Shown here: piece after piece, positions 12,850 to 24,885 of the stretch
Layout: every line of letters starts with the position of its first letter
Numbering within the stretch: position 1 is the stretch's first letter
NCBI RefSeq assembly: GCF_016432865.1
Contig: NC_067398.1
Location: 715,356,001 to 715,420,000, forward strand
Direction: 5' to 3'
Source of the DNA: Antechinus flavipes
Taxonomy: Eukaryota
Length of the DNA: 64,000 bases
Notes under the pieces: generated by a model
Seen by the model: only the letters and a program-made list of their open reading frames with translations
What the model was told of the DNA's origin: nothing
Database searches by the model: none
Translations under genes and position numbers: made by a program

Positions 12850-14920
12850 AGAATAAGACCTAGCACTTGGGGGGCAGAATGAGACCTAGCACTTGGGGGG
12901 CAGGATGAGACCTAGCACTTGGGGGGCAGAATGAGACCTAGCACTTGGGGGGCAGGATGAGACCTAGCACTTGGGGGGCAGAATGAGACCTAGCACTTGG
13001 GGGGCAGAATGAGACCTAGCACTTGGGGGGCACAGAATGAGACCTAGCACTTGGGGGGACAGAATGAGACCTAGCACTTGGGGGGCAGAATGAGACCTAG
13101 CACTTGGGGGGCAGAATGAGACCTAGCACTTGGGGGGGGGGGGTAGAATGAGACCTAGCACTTGGGGGGCAGAATGAGACCTAGCACTTGAGGGGCAGAA
13201 TGAGACCTAGCACTTGGGGGGCAGAATGAGACCTAGCACTTGGGGGGCAGAATGAGACCTAGCACTTGGGGGGCAGAATGAGACCTAGCACTTGGGGGGC
13301 AGGATGAGACCTAGCACTTGGGGGGCAGAATGAGACCTAGCACTTGGGGGGACAGAATGAGACCTAGCACTTGGGGGGGGGGGTAGAATGAGACCTAGCA
13401 CTTGGGGGGCAGAATGAGACCTAGCACTTGAGGGGCAGAATGAGACCTAGCACTTGGGGGGCAGAATGAGACCTAGCACTTGGGGGGCAGAATGAGACCT
13501 AGCACTTGGGGGGAATGAGACCTAGCACTTGGGGGGCAGGATGAGACCTAGCACTTGGGGGGCAGAATGAGACCTAGCACTTGGGGGGACAGAATGAGAC
13601 CTAGCACTTGGGGGGACAGAATGAGACCTAGCACTTGGGGGGCAGGATGAGACCTAGCACTTGGGGGGACAGAATGAGACCTAGCACTTGGGGGGCAGAA
13701 TGAGACCTAGCACTTGGGGGGCAGAATGAGACCTAGCACTTGGGGGGCACAGAATGAGACCTAGCACTTGGGGGGGCAGAATGAGACCTAGCACTTGGGG
13801 GGCAGAATGAGACCTAGCACTTGGGGGGCAGAATGAGACCTAGCACTTGGGGGGCAGGATGAGACCTAGCACTTGGGGGGCAGAATGAGACCTAGCACTT
13901 GGGGGGACAGAATGAGACCTAGCACTTGGGGGGGGGGTAGAATGAGACCTAGCACTTGGGGGGGCAGAATGAGACCTAGCACTTGAGGGGCAGAATGAGA
14001 CCTAGCACTTGGGGGGCAGAATGAGACCTAGCACTTGGGGGGCAGAATGAGACCTAGCACTTGGGGGGAATGAGACCTAGCACTTGGGGGGCAGGATGAG
14101 ACCTAGCACTTGGGGGGCAGAATGAGACCTAGCACTTGGGGGGACAGAATGAGACCTAGCACTTGGGGGGACAGAATGAGACCTAGCACTTGGGGGGCAG
14201 GATGAGACCTAGCACTTGGGGGGACAGAATGAGACCTAGCACTTGGGGGGGCAGAATGAGACCTACCACTTGGAGGGCAGAATGAGACCTAGCACTTGGG
14301 GGGCACAGAATGAGACCTAGCACTTGGGGGGCAGAATGAGACCTAGCACTTGGGGGGCAGAATGAGACCTAGCACTTGGGGGGCAGGATGAGACCTAGCA
14401 CTTGGGGGGCAGAATGAGACCTAGCACTTGGGGGGACAGAATGAGACCTAGCACTTGGGGGGACAGAATGAGACCTAGCACTTGGGGGGCAGGATGAGAC
14501 CTAGCACTTGGGGGGACAGAATGAGACCTAGCACTTGGGGGGGAGAATGAGACCTACCACTTGGAGGGCAGAATGAGACCTAGCACTTGGGGGGCACAGA
14601 ATGAGACCTAGTTCTTGGGGGGGCAGAATGAGACCTAGCACTTGGGGGGCAGGATGAGACCTAGCACTTGGGGGGGCAGGATGAGACCTAGCACTTGGGG
14701 GGCAGGATGAGACCTAGCACTTGGGGGGGCAGAATGAGACCTAGCACCAGGGGGCACAGAATGAGATCTAGCACTTGGGGGGCACAGAATGAGACCTAGC
14801 ACTTGGGGGGCAGAATGAGACCTAGCACTTGGGGGGCACAGAATGAGACCTAGCACTTGGGGGGCAGAATGAGACCTAGTTCTTGGGGGGGCAGAATGAG
14901 ACCTAGCACCAGGGGGCGGG
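12850..14920. repeat. 26-bp minisatellite, ~80 copies, TBC1D10A intron 1
   Basis: Unit GAATGAGACCTAGCACTTGGGGGGCA with variant units. Confidence 0.97.
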
Positions 14921-16379
14921 GCCCATCTGTGACCAGGGAGGGGAAGGGAGAATGAGGAAGGCTGGGGCTGGCCCGGGTGGCTCTGGGGACAGAGAATCCA
15001 GATCTGGGAGGCAAGAGGGAGACAACAGCTGGGGGGGGGGGGGGGGAAGGGGAAGGCAGAGAAAACGGCCCCTCTGGGGGGAGCCCGGGCAGGGGCCGGA
15101 GCTGACAGGTTTCTGGACAGCGGGGAGGCTTCCCTCCCAGAAGGGGGTGCTCCCGGGGGTGTCTTCATGACTCACGCTTAGAGAGGGGGGATTCCAGGGA
15201 AGGGCGAGTGGAGCTGTCTGGAGGGGGGATTTCCAGGGCCGGGGAGGGGGGAGGGAGGGAGCGCTCTCCGGGAAGACTCTGCTGGGAGGGGCCGGAGGGA
15301 GCCTCCAGGGTCCCCACGGGGAAAGGGGGCTGTCTCCTGGGGGAGGGAAGTCTCATTCCTGGCAGTGGCAGCATCCAGAGGTGGATAACGGGCTGAATCC
15401 CAGGGAAGGGGGCGTGTGGCCCAGGGGGGTCCATGGCGAGCAGGGGCTCCTTAGGAGCTGGCGGTGGAACCTTCCTCGCTTGGGGCTTGGGAGACGGGGG
15501 GAAGGGGGGGCACGGGTCTGTCTCCGCAGGGATGGGTGGGGGGCGCTGGAGGCCCGGGACTTGTGGGAAGGGAGCAGTATCGGGAGAAGCTGGGGAGGGG
15601 AGGGGCCGGGGAGGGGAGCCGGCGGTGGCTGGGGCATCCCTGGGGGTGGGGCAGGTGGACAGGAAGGGGGCAGGGATCGGGTGTCCCCGTCCCGCCGTCC
15701 TTGCCCCAGGTGTCCCCAGGTGTGGGTAGAGGCAGGGAAGGGAATGCCCGGGGGGAGGGGGGAGGGTCACGTGCGCTCCCGCCAGAGGGAGGGGAGGGGT
15801 CCCAGCAAGAGTAGGGGTAATCCCTGCAGTCTGGGGGAAGGGGCCGGGCACTCTCGGGAGAAGTCCCGGCAGTCTCCCGCAGGAGGGGGAGGATGGAGGT
15901 CCCCAGAGTTTAGGGAGGAGCTCGGCGGGGGCGGGGTCACGGGGGTCTGGAAGGGGTGAGGGGTGTCCCCGGAAGTTTGGGGTGTCACGGCGGGTCCTGA
16001 CGGCGGGGGAGGGCTCGCAAGAGTCTCCGGAGGAGTCACGGGATTCCTGGCAATTTCAGGGGTGGAGGGGGCCGAAACGGGAGGGGGGAAGGGATCAGAG
16101 CTGGCGGAGAGTGTTTCAGGAGTTTGGGGGTCACGGAGGAGGCAGAGTTCCAGCTGTCTGGAGGGGCAGAGCTGAGGGGGGGTGGGGAAGGGGTTCCGGG
16201 AGGGGGGGCGGTCCCAGCAAAGGGGAGTCCTGGCAGTGTCGGGAGGGCGGAATCCCAGTGGGGGAGGGACCCGACAGAGCGGGGAGGGGGGAAAGAGGGG
16301 GTCAGTGCAGTCTCGAGGAGAGGTCACAGCAGGGAGGGGGGAGAAGGGAGGAGTCACGGAGGCTCACGGCTGAGGGAGG

Positions 16380-17260
16380 GTGGGGAATCTTGGCGGGGAG
16401 GAGTCCCAGCTAGGGGGTCCCGACAACGTAGGGGGTCCCGACAACGTCGGGGGCCGCGGTACTCACGCGCCGGGGTCTCCCTGCGCGCCCACGAGGAAGC
16501 CGAACTTGTCGGTGCGGCGCTCCGCGAAGCCGTTGGCCTCCGAATCGGAACCCAGCGAGCTGAGCTCGTCGGCGGCTGAGGCCGCGTCCGGGCCCGGGGC
16601 CAGGCTCTCCCGGGTCCCCGACAGGCTCCCGCCCGGCCCCGGCGAGCGCGGCCCGTTCTCCCCGCGGCTCTTCGCCATCGCCCGCCCGGCCCGGCCCGGC
16701 CCGGCCCCGCCCGCCGCCTCCGCTGTCTCCTCGGCCGCCGCCGCCGGGGCCGCCGCCGCCACCGCAGCCGTCGTCGAGGCCCCGCCCCCGAAGAGCGTCC
16801 ATTGGCCCGCCGCGCCTCCGGGCGGGCTCAGAGCCGCGCCCCCGCAGGCGACCCCGATATGAACCAATCAAAGCTGGGGATGCCGGAAAGGCTCCGCCCC
16901 CGCCCGTTCTCCCCTCTCCTCGCCCCCCCCTCCCCGTTGTCCCCTCCACAGGCGGCCAGGCGGGCGAGGAGTCAGAGCCCTCCCGGACACGGGATTCCAG
17001 GGCCCGCCCACCGGGCTGTCAATCACGGAGACTCACCTGGATAGAGCCGAAGGCCTTCCCGCCTCCTCGCCTCAACTTCCGGGCTCTGGCGACACGCCCC
17101 CTCCCCGCCCTGGAGAGCCCCGCCAGAAAGTCGGGGAGCTCGGCCTCCGCTGAGGGCCGCCGCCACCTGCCGTGCGGACTTAAAGCCAGCTCGGCGGGGC
17201 GCCAGCCTTGTTCTCCAGCCGTCACCCCGTCCGTCTCCCACCTCCAAGCCTTTGCCCCGG
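16380..17260 (-). promoter_or_regulatory. TBC1D10A CpG-island promoter
   Basis: Dense CpG around exon 1; CCAAT at 16864-16868, GC boxes (CCGCCC near 16895), ETS-like CTTCCGG near 17076. Confidence 0.8.
16467..16678 (-). CDS. TBC1D10A: TBC1 domain family member 10A (EPI64, Rab GAP), coding exon 1; remaining exons lie left of the window
   Basis: ATG at 16678 gives [10 protein letters not shown]...[35 protein letters not shown], matching the recalled human TBC1D10A N-terminus. Phase-2 donor GC|GTGAGT at 16466. No exon 2 sequence found in 1-16400. Confidence 0.95.
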
Positions 17261-18679
17261 CTGTATCCCAAGCCGAAGGCTCCCCCGCAGCCGCCTCCCC
17301 CTGACGGCCTCCGTCCCTCGGCCCTGGGGCGGGGGTCTCCTCCCCTTCCCCAACCCCCCGGCACTTCCTTTGAGGTTGACTGTGCCGTCCCCACAGCCTG
17401 GCTCACATGTGGAGGGGGCTCCTTCCACCGGGCCCCTCTCAGTGTGTATTTAGATGGAGAAGCAAGTGGGGGGGCACGAGTGTGTGTGTGCGTGAGTGTG
17501 TGTGTGTGTGCACGAGTGTTTGCACAATGGGTGTGCGTGAGTGCGCGTGTGTGAGGGGTCTTGGTTGGGAAGGGGAGGGGGAGGGTCTGCCTCATGCCTG
17601 CGGAAGCTTGGCGCCTCCAGGGCCAGCTGTGCCTCAGTTTCCCCCTGTGCACCGCCGGCCTCCCTGGACTGTTGTGGGAACAGCCTTGGGCTCGGAATCA
17701 GGATCTCCGCCTAGATACTTCCTCCGCCCTGGGTTTTCCTGGCCCAGCCAGCTCGGTCTGTCTCCCCCTCCCCCCACCGGTCTAACCGCTCCTCCCAGTC
17801 TCCAGCCCGGTCGCACCCACTCTCTGCCACACACACCCCCCCCCTTCTCTCCACGGGGATCTCATCGGACAAGTCAGTCAACAGGCATTTCTCGCTTCAG
17901 CCCTCCCTCCGGGCCAGCCCTGGGAGTTCAGCCATCGTCCCACGGAAACCTAGCCCTCACCTCTCTCCGCCCGAGAGCTGCCCTAGAGATCTCTGTGCAC
18001 AGCAGAGCCACTCTCTTCCTCCCCCTTTCCCTCTGTTTAACCCTCAGCTCTTCCGCAGAAAGCCAGTCTTTGGCCCATCCCGGGGGCTGTCCACAATGGC
18101 CCCACTAACTGGCAGCCAGGCTGCTTTCTGGCCTCGTTTGGCTCCTCTGGACTCTTGAAACAGCTGCTACTTGTCTCCCCCTTCAGCCCGAAATGGCACT
18201 CCCTTCCTCTATGAACTCCAGTGGCTCCCTATTCCTCTGTCTGTGACCTGACCCCCTCCTCCCTTTTCATCCGCACACCTTAGCCCCTCGGCCCTCTCCC
18301 CTATCCAGTCCCCCGGCTTCCCGGCTGTTCTTCACCCATGTTCTCCCCACGCTCTCCCACTTCCCTTAAGGCCCGGCCCCCATCCCCCCTTCCACAGGCT
18401 TCTGTCCCTCCCTCCCCTCCTCTCCCCAGAGCTCAGAGACCTTGGCCCTCCTTTGTACCTAGCTTGTCCAGCCCGGGGCATTTGCATGTGCTCGCTCCCA
18501 TTTTACTGACTGTTTGTGCCTTTGTGTTCCCTGCTTGCCACAGGCTTCGCACACACTAGGGCTTCCTGAGCGCCTTGGCTGCCAGCGGCCCATCTGGGAC
18601 CCGATCACTTGCTTCCCCTCGGTCCCACACACAACCTCCGGAGGCAGGGAATGCACGGGCCCCATCCAGCTTACAGATG

Positions 18680-19575
18680 AGGAAGGGAGGCTGTAGATAA
18701 GGGAGGCTGTAGATGAGGAAGGGAGGCTGAGGAAGGGAGGCTGTAGATAAGGGAGGCTATAGATGAGGAAGAGAGGCTGTAGATGAGAGAGGAAGGGAGG
18801 CTGTAGATGAGGGAGGAAGGGAGGCTGTAGATGAGAGAGGAAGGGAGGCTATAGATGAGGAAGAGAGGCTGTAGATGAGAGAGGAAGGGAGGCTGTAGAT
18901 GAGGGAGGAAGGAGGCTGTAGATGAGGAAGGGAGGCTGTAGATGAGAGAGGAAGGGAGGCTGTAGATGAGGAAGAGAGGCTGTAGATGAGAGAGGAAGGG
19001 AGGCTGTAGATAAGGGAGGCTGTAGATGAGGAGGGAGGCTGTAGATAAGGGAGGCTGTAGATGAGGAAGGAGGCTGTAGATAAGGGAGGCTATAGATGAG
19101 GAAGAGAGGCTGTAGATGAGAGAGGAAGGGAGGCTGTAGATGAGGGAGGAAGGGAGGCTGTAGATAAGGGAGGCTATAGATGAGGGAGGGAGGGAGGCTG
19201 TAGATGAGGGAGGAAGGGAGGCTGTAGATGAGGGAGGAAGGAGGCTGTAGATGAGGAAGGGAGGCTGTAGATAAGGGAGGCTGTAGATGAGGAAGAGAGG
19301 CTGTAGATGAGAAAGGAAGGGAGGCTGTAGATAAGGGAGGCTGTAGATGAGGAAGGGAGGCTGTAGATAAGGGAGGCTGTAGATGAGGAAGAGAGGCTGT
19401 AGATGAGAGAGGAAGGGAGGCTGTAGATGGAGGCAGGGAAGGCTGTTGTAGATGAGGGAGGAAGGGAGGCTGTAGATGAGGAAGGGAGGCTGTAGATGGA
19501 GGCAGGGAAGGCTGTAGATGAAGGAGGGAGGGAGGCTGTAGATAAGGGAGGCCATAGATGAGGAAGGGAGGCTGG
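18680..19575. repeat. ~20-bp purine-rich minisatellite upstream of TBC1D10A
   Basis: Unit GGGAGGCTGTAGATGAGGAA with length variants. Confidence 0.95.
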
Positions 19576-20537
19576 CCTCCCATCATGGCTCCTGTTAAGT
19601 GGGAAAAGCTAGGTTTGAAGGCTGCCAGATCCAATGTTTTTGCACCGTATCCACCTGCCTCAGTTTTTCATCTGAAAAAGGGCCAGTTTATACTAAAGGA
19701 TATTATTTAAGGTTCCTAAGAAAGGGGAGGGGGAAGTGGATGCCTTAAATGTAACACATTTGCTTGGTATATAGCTGGTGCTTAATACATGCTTTTAACA
19801 ATGATTGTTTTCCCTTTCAAATTCTCAAGAAATACATTCCACAAGCAGGAAATCACGTTTAATTGAGTGCTTGTGGAAGGAGCCATCCCGGGCCTGTAGT
19901 CCGAGGCTAGCCTGCTTTTAGCTTGCTGGGCTCGGAAGGGCCTCGGAGATAGAGCGGGGCTTGCCGGTCCCCGAGGGCCCCCAGACCGGGCCGACTTTTG
20001 CCGGCTCCACAAGTGGGTGGGGGCGGTGGTCAGAGCCGGGACTGGGGGCCACGAGGTCAGCAATCATTCCTCTGTGGCCGAGCACGGTGGGCGGCTCCCT
20101 GGGAAAGTGAGGGGGTGGGGGAGGAGGGTCCCGAGCCGAGGGGGGTCCCGGCTGTCGAACGAGGCTCCTCAGCTGTTCCCGAGACAACGCTCAGACATTC
20201 CCGGTCGTGGCCTGGAAGAATCCCCGGCACTTCTGCTTTTCCAGAACTAGTCATGGAGACGGCAAAAAGCAGATGTGGTCCCGAAACGGGAGGGGGGTGA
20301 GATGGAGGGGCAGGGGGGGGCCGAAGGCAGGATATTTCCGTCTCCGACAAAAGGTCCGGGCCCAACATTCCCACTGGAAGCGTGGAGGCAGAACGGCAGG
20401 GCCGAGGGGCTCCGATGTGGCCGAGGGGCAGGGGCGGCGGGCGCCGGGAGCGGTGAGCGAGTCACTGCAGACCCCAGGGTGAAGAAGGGGCCCTTGCGGT
20501 ACTGAGGCTCTTTTCTCAGCACTGGCCAGCTCCTAGG

Positions 20538-20605
20538 AATGAATGAGTGAGTGAATGAATGAATGAATGAGTGAGTGAATGAATGAATGAATAAGTGGGT
20601 GAGTG
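20538..20605. repeat. (TGAA/TGAG)n microsatellite
   Basis: GAATGAATGAGTGAGTGAATGAAT... Confidence 0.85.
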
Positions 20606-22959
20606 ACTGGTCCATTCTGAACTTGCTTCCCCCATTGCTTCCTCATCTGCAAAATGGGAACAGCACCTCCCTCCCTTTTAAGTTGTGGCGGCGTCCAGGG
20701 CAGAACAGCGGGACCGCCTGAGCCGGGGGCCTGCGGCCCGAGAAAGAACTCCGGGAACTACTCCGCCCGAGCCCAGCGAGGAGCAGCATTTAGCGCCCAC
20801 CGGGCGGGCAGGGGCGCCCCCTACTGGCCCTGCTCCGACGAGACAACAGGCATGGAATGCCTCCAGCTTCCACAGGCGCGATTCCCTCCGCCACCCCCAC
20901 CCTCCGCATTTCCCAACAGCCCTCAGTACAGCGTTGGGAGGGGGCTTAGAGCCCGGAAAGGTCAGGGCTGGGAGGGGCTTAGAATGGGGAATGTCAGAGT
21001 TGGGAGGGGCCTTAGAACAGGGAGGTCAGGGCTGGAAGGGGCTTAGAGTGGGGAATGTCAGAGATGGGAGGGGCTTAGAGGAAGGAAACACGTGGAATCA
21101 AAGGACCCGAATTCAAATTTGACCTCAGACACCAGTTGTGTGATCCTGGGCAAGTCACTTCACCCTCCTTGCCTCATCTGTAAAATGGGCAGAAAGCAGA
21201 GGCAAATGCCTCCAGTGTCTCTGCCAAGGAAGTCCCTGTCCCTCCCTCTCTCCCCCTCACAGACTCGCTGAAAGATGGAGAGATAAAGGAGAAAACAGGC
21301 CCAGCCTCCCCCCCTCAGCCCCCGCACCAACCCCCCCCCTCCGGGCCTGCCCGTGCGCCCAGCTTGGCTCGCCCCGCCCCCGGGCTGTGGCCTCTCAAAG
21401 GAGCCATTCACACATTCTGCCCGGCCACATTCTTGGCCTTTCACCTCTTGGGCAAGCCCTCCCCCACAGCGCCCCTTCCTTGGGACCAATCAGTCTGGTG
21501 TGGCAGGGAGGTGGCCACTGCCCCCTCTCCCTTTTCCCCACCCCCCCCACCCTGGAGCTCAGCTCTGCCCGCAGGCTCAGCCCTGGGTCTCACTTCCCTG
21601 GGTACATCACTCGGCTTTTGACAGACGGACAAACCGAGGCAGATGGCGCAGGGCTGCCCGCTTATCTCGGTGGGCTAGGATTTAATAGGCTCGGAGACCA
21701 CCTCGTCCGAACCCTTCCTTCCGGGAGGAAATCTGGGCTCAATGAGGGGAAGTGGCTTTTCCCTCTCCTACAGGAAGTAACCTGAATTTGAACCTGGGAC
21801 CGCTGGCTCGTCCTCCCCACCGCGGGGGGGCGCCACGCGCCCGCTCCAGTCCCCTCTGCAGCCCGGGTCTCGTCCCCTGCCGGCGCTGCCAGATTAACGA
21901 GTCGGCCTGAATCCCCCCTGGGGAGAGCGCGGCCGCTTCGGCCCGGGTTTGCCGGACACGGGCCCTTCCTCAGCTGGGAGGCCCCAGGGAGGGGGCCGGG
22001 AAGGAGGGGCCCCAGGGCTTGCCCCCTCCGCGTCTCGAATTCCCCACCCCCACCCTGGCCTCGCGCTGCAATGGCGCCACCAGGGCCACGTGGTCCGGCA
22101 GAGGCACGTGGCCCCCGGCCGGGGCTGGCTCCCCGTGCTCCCATTGCTGAGAACCCGGGCCTCCCGTTCAGCCCAGCGGGCTCTGGCTGGGGGAAGGAAC
22201 GCTGGGCACCCTGGGTGCTGGCCCTCCTCCCAGTTCCCAGGAGTGCTCCCCGTCTCTTCTCTAACCCAGCGCACCCACGCGCCCCATAGCTGAGCTCCGG
22301 CCGCATTGATTTCCCGTCCCCGGAGAAGGCGGCCAGTCCCGGACTTGTGTGAAAGGCACATCGGGACCAGCCGAACACTCCGGCCTCTGGCGGGTGCCGG
22401 GACAACGCGGTGCTCCCGCCTCCCCCGCCAGCTTAACCTCGGACGCCCAGGGGACGCTAAGAACTCTAAGCAGATTAGCCCTGCCCTCGGCCCTTCCAAG
22501 CTTGTCTTTCTGAGCCGTCAGCAGTTCTCATGTGGCTCTTGGAGCACTCCGCGCCAAAGCCCTGGAGGACTCCCCGTGGTAGACTCGGGAGCACCAAATG
22601 AACTCCTTTGGAACCCGATTTTCCCAGCATTCACCTTTGGGAAACCCCGGTCCCCGATTTTTCTCCCTCTCCTCCCCCTTCGCCCCCCACAGCAAGCCCC
22701 GATGTGGGTTAAACGGGCAATTCTCCCCAACGTGTTTCCTCATCATGCGGCACAAGAGAAATCAGCTCAAAAGGGGAAAAACACGAGAAAGGAAAACAAG
22801 TCAAGCGGATACAGCAAAAGGGGCGAAGCTCCGCAGTCCCGGCTCTGGGCGCCGCGGCTCTCTCCATCCCAAGCCCACCGGAACTGCCCCGTCGCCTTAT
22901 TAAAAAGCACCGCGTCCATCCCGCTGGCTCATGGGGTAACCTTGTTGCCATGTACATGT

Positions 22960-23480
22960 TCTCTTGGTGGGGCTCCCTTCCCTTAGTAGCAATTCATGGA
23001 AGTCCTTCCAGTTTTTCCGGAAATAGCGCTGCTCGTGATTTCTTAGAATATTCCATAACATCCACAACTTACTCAGCCAATTGATGGGCACCAGTTCCTT
23101 GCCACCACAGAAAGGGCTGCCACCAACATTTTTGCCCACATGGGTTTTTCCCTCCCTCTATGATCCTTAGGGATACAGAGCCAGTAAAGACCCAAGGGGA
23201 AGCATTTTTATAGCTCCAGATTGGTTCCCGACTCCACCCACAATGCATCAGTGTCCCACTTTTCCCACCTCCCCTCCAACATTCATTCTCTTTCCCCCAT
23301 CCCCTTAGCCAATCTGAGAGGTGTGAAGCGGTACCTCAGTTGCCTTTTCTCTGACCAATAGGGATTTAGAACACTCTCTCCCTCCTCCCATCCGGATGTC
23401 ACTGAGCTCTCGGGGAGGGTGGCATCCCATGGCTAGGATGCCCTCCTCTATGCCAGTCCAGAAGCCTTGCCCTTCCTCCC
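22960..23480 (-). mobile_element. LINE-1 ORF2 C-terminal fragment, GC-enriched
   Basis: Translation ..PINWLSKLWMLWNILRNHEQRYFRKNWKDFHELL aligns by eye with the 49468-49716 ORF (PSIREWLGKLWYRNVMEYYCSIRNDQQDEYREAWRDLHELM). Confidence 0.8.
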
Positions 23481-24458
23481 ATGCAGTCTCCTCACGCCCA
23501 TGCCGGGTAGGAACCCCGCCTCCCTTGCTGGCCGCCTGCTCCTACCCCGGTCCTCAGGTGTCCCAGCCTGCAGCTTCTTGACTTCCAGGGCACTTATCAC
23601 CTTTCAGGGGGTGGTGGGCTCTCATCTCCGGCAGGGGGGAGGTCCCGCTTAAACGGCAGCCGCCCGTCTGCTGGCAGAGCGAGGTCCCGCGCGCCCAGCC
23701 GCGTAGCTAAGCTAACATGCCCACATGTTGACAGGTTCTGGTGCCGGCCGGACAGAAGGCGCTCCAGCGGCTCACTTAAGGCTTTTCTTGGGGATGTTTT
23801 GCTGAGGGTCGTGACCAGTAACAACGAACAGAGGAAGGAGTGTTTGCGTTCTGGGAGGAAGGGCTCTGGGGCTAAGGATGGGCCTCTGCCGGGCCTGCGG
23901 GAGGAAGCAGCCTCCTGCCTCTGCCACACTAGGGACAATTCCACGAGGCTCAAAGCCGCTGACAAGCGGCGTCAGGTCTGATGTCCCGGAGAGGGAGGGG
24001 GTCTGACGTCAGGGAGGCGGCACCCGGGCCCTTTGGGGCTGTGACCTGGGACATGACACTTTAACCTCACTGGGTCAGGTAAGACAGGGCAGAGACACTG
24101 CAGAATCCCAGCGTGGGCCAGGAACACGAGCCAGGCCTGACCCCCTTCCCTCCCCCCCCCATGCAGTGAGTCTGGGGCACGGCAAGCGCAGAAGGGTCTG
24201 CAACCCACCACGTAAGAGGAGACACTCTCGGCCATGAAGGTCCGAGAACGGGGGCCGTTTACACAGGGATGGTGTAGAGGAAGGGCACGTTGGAAGCACC
24301 GGCCTTGTCCCTTTCCTGAAGCCCATTAAGATCTCACCGGAAACCCCGCCCCACCCCCATCCCCAGGCTTTCTGGTCAGTGCCAGAGAGGAGGGATCACT
24401 AAGCGAGGTCACCAAGAACCCCACCTGATGGGGACAGAAGTGACCCAGCGAACACAAC

Positions 24459-24529
24459 TTTATTTTCAAAACCGGGGCCATAACGGACGAACTCAGGGCA
24501 ACCTGCTAATGACTGAACAAGAGTTTAAT
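24459..24529 (-). terminator. SF3A1 candidate polyadenylation signals
   Basis: Minus-strand AATAAA at 24459-24464 and ATTAAA at 24524-24529, about 360-430 nt past the stop. Confidence 0.6.
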
Positions 24530-24885
24530 GGAACTAAGTAACATGGAACCTTCCCAACAAGACGGAAAACTAGCACGTGTGGCTTCCTCCTGCCCGCCAG
24601 AGGGCCCGGGGGCCGCGGGCAGGGTGACGACTTCCACGTCATCACGGAGGGTCACGGGCTTCGTGGCCATTGCGACGCGGGCGGCTGCCAGACGAGCAAG
24701 CCCTACGACCCGGTCTTTTCTAACTGATTCTGGGAACGTACAATCAAGGGGACCTGAACCCAGCCCCCCAGAGTCAGAACAGGATGAACACAAGACAACA
24801 GGGAGCCCCCCAAGGGAAGCTGCCGAGGGTCGGCATCTCAGCAAGGACGCCCGGACGAGGGCCGGGGCCGCCGCCCTGGGAGCCT

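Noticed and set aside
12850-14920. CRISPR-like regular repeats
   Set aside because: Units are directly tandem with no unique spacers, in a mammalian intron.
1-16400. TBC1D10A exon 2 or CASTOR1 exons
   Set aside because: No LEEVPLEVLRQRESKWLDM-like or CASTOR1-like peptide seen in the ORF track or by eye; presumably left of the window.
16412-16452. 18-bp direct duplication GGGGGTCCCGACAACGT next to the TBC1D10A donor
   Set aside because: Only two copies, consistent with simple slippage; no functional evidence.
18671-19634. 294 and 261 aa ORFs (SLIYSLP/HLQPP repeats)
   Set aside because: Translations of the 20-bp minisatellite; no splice or promoter support.
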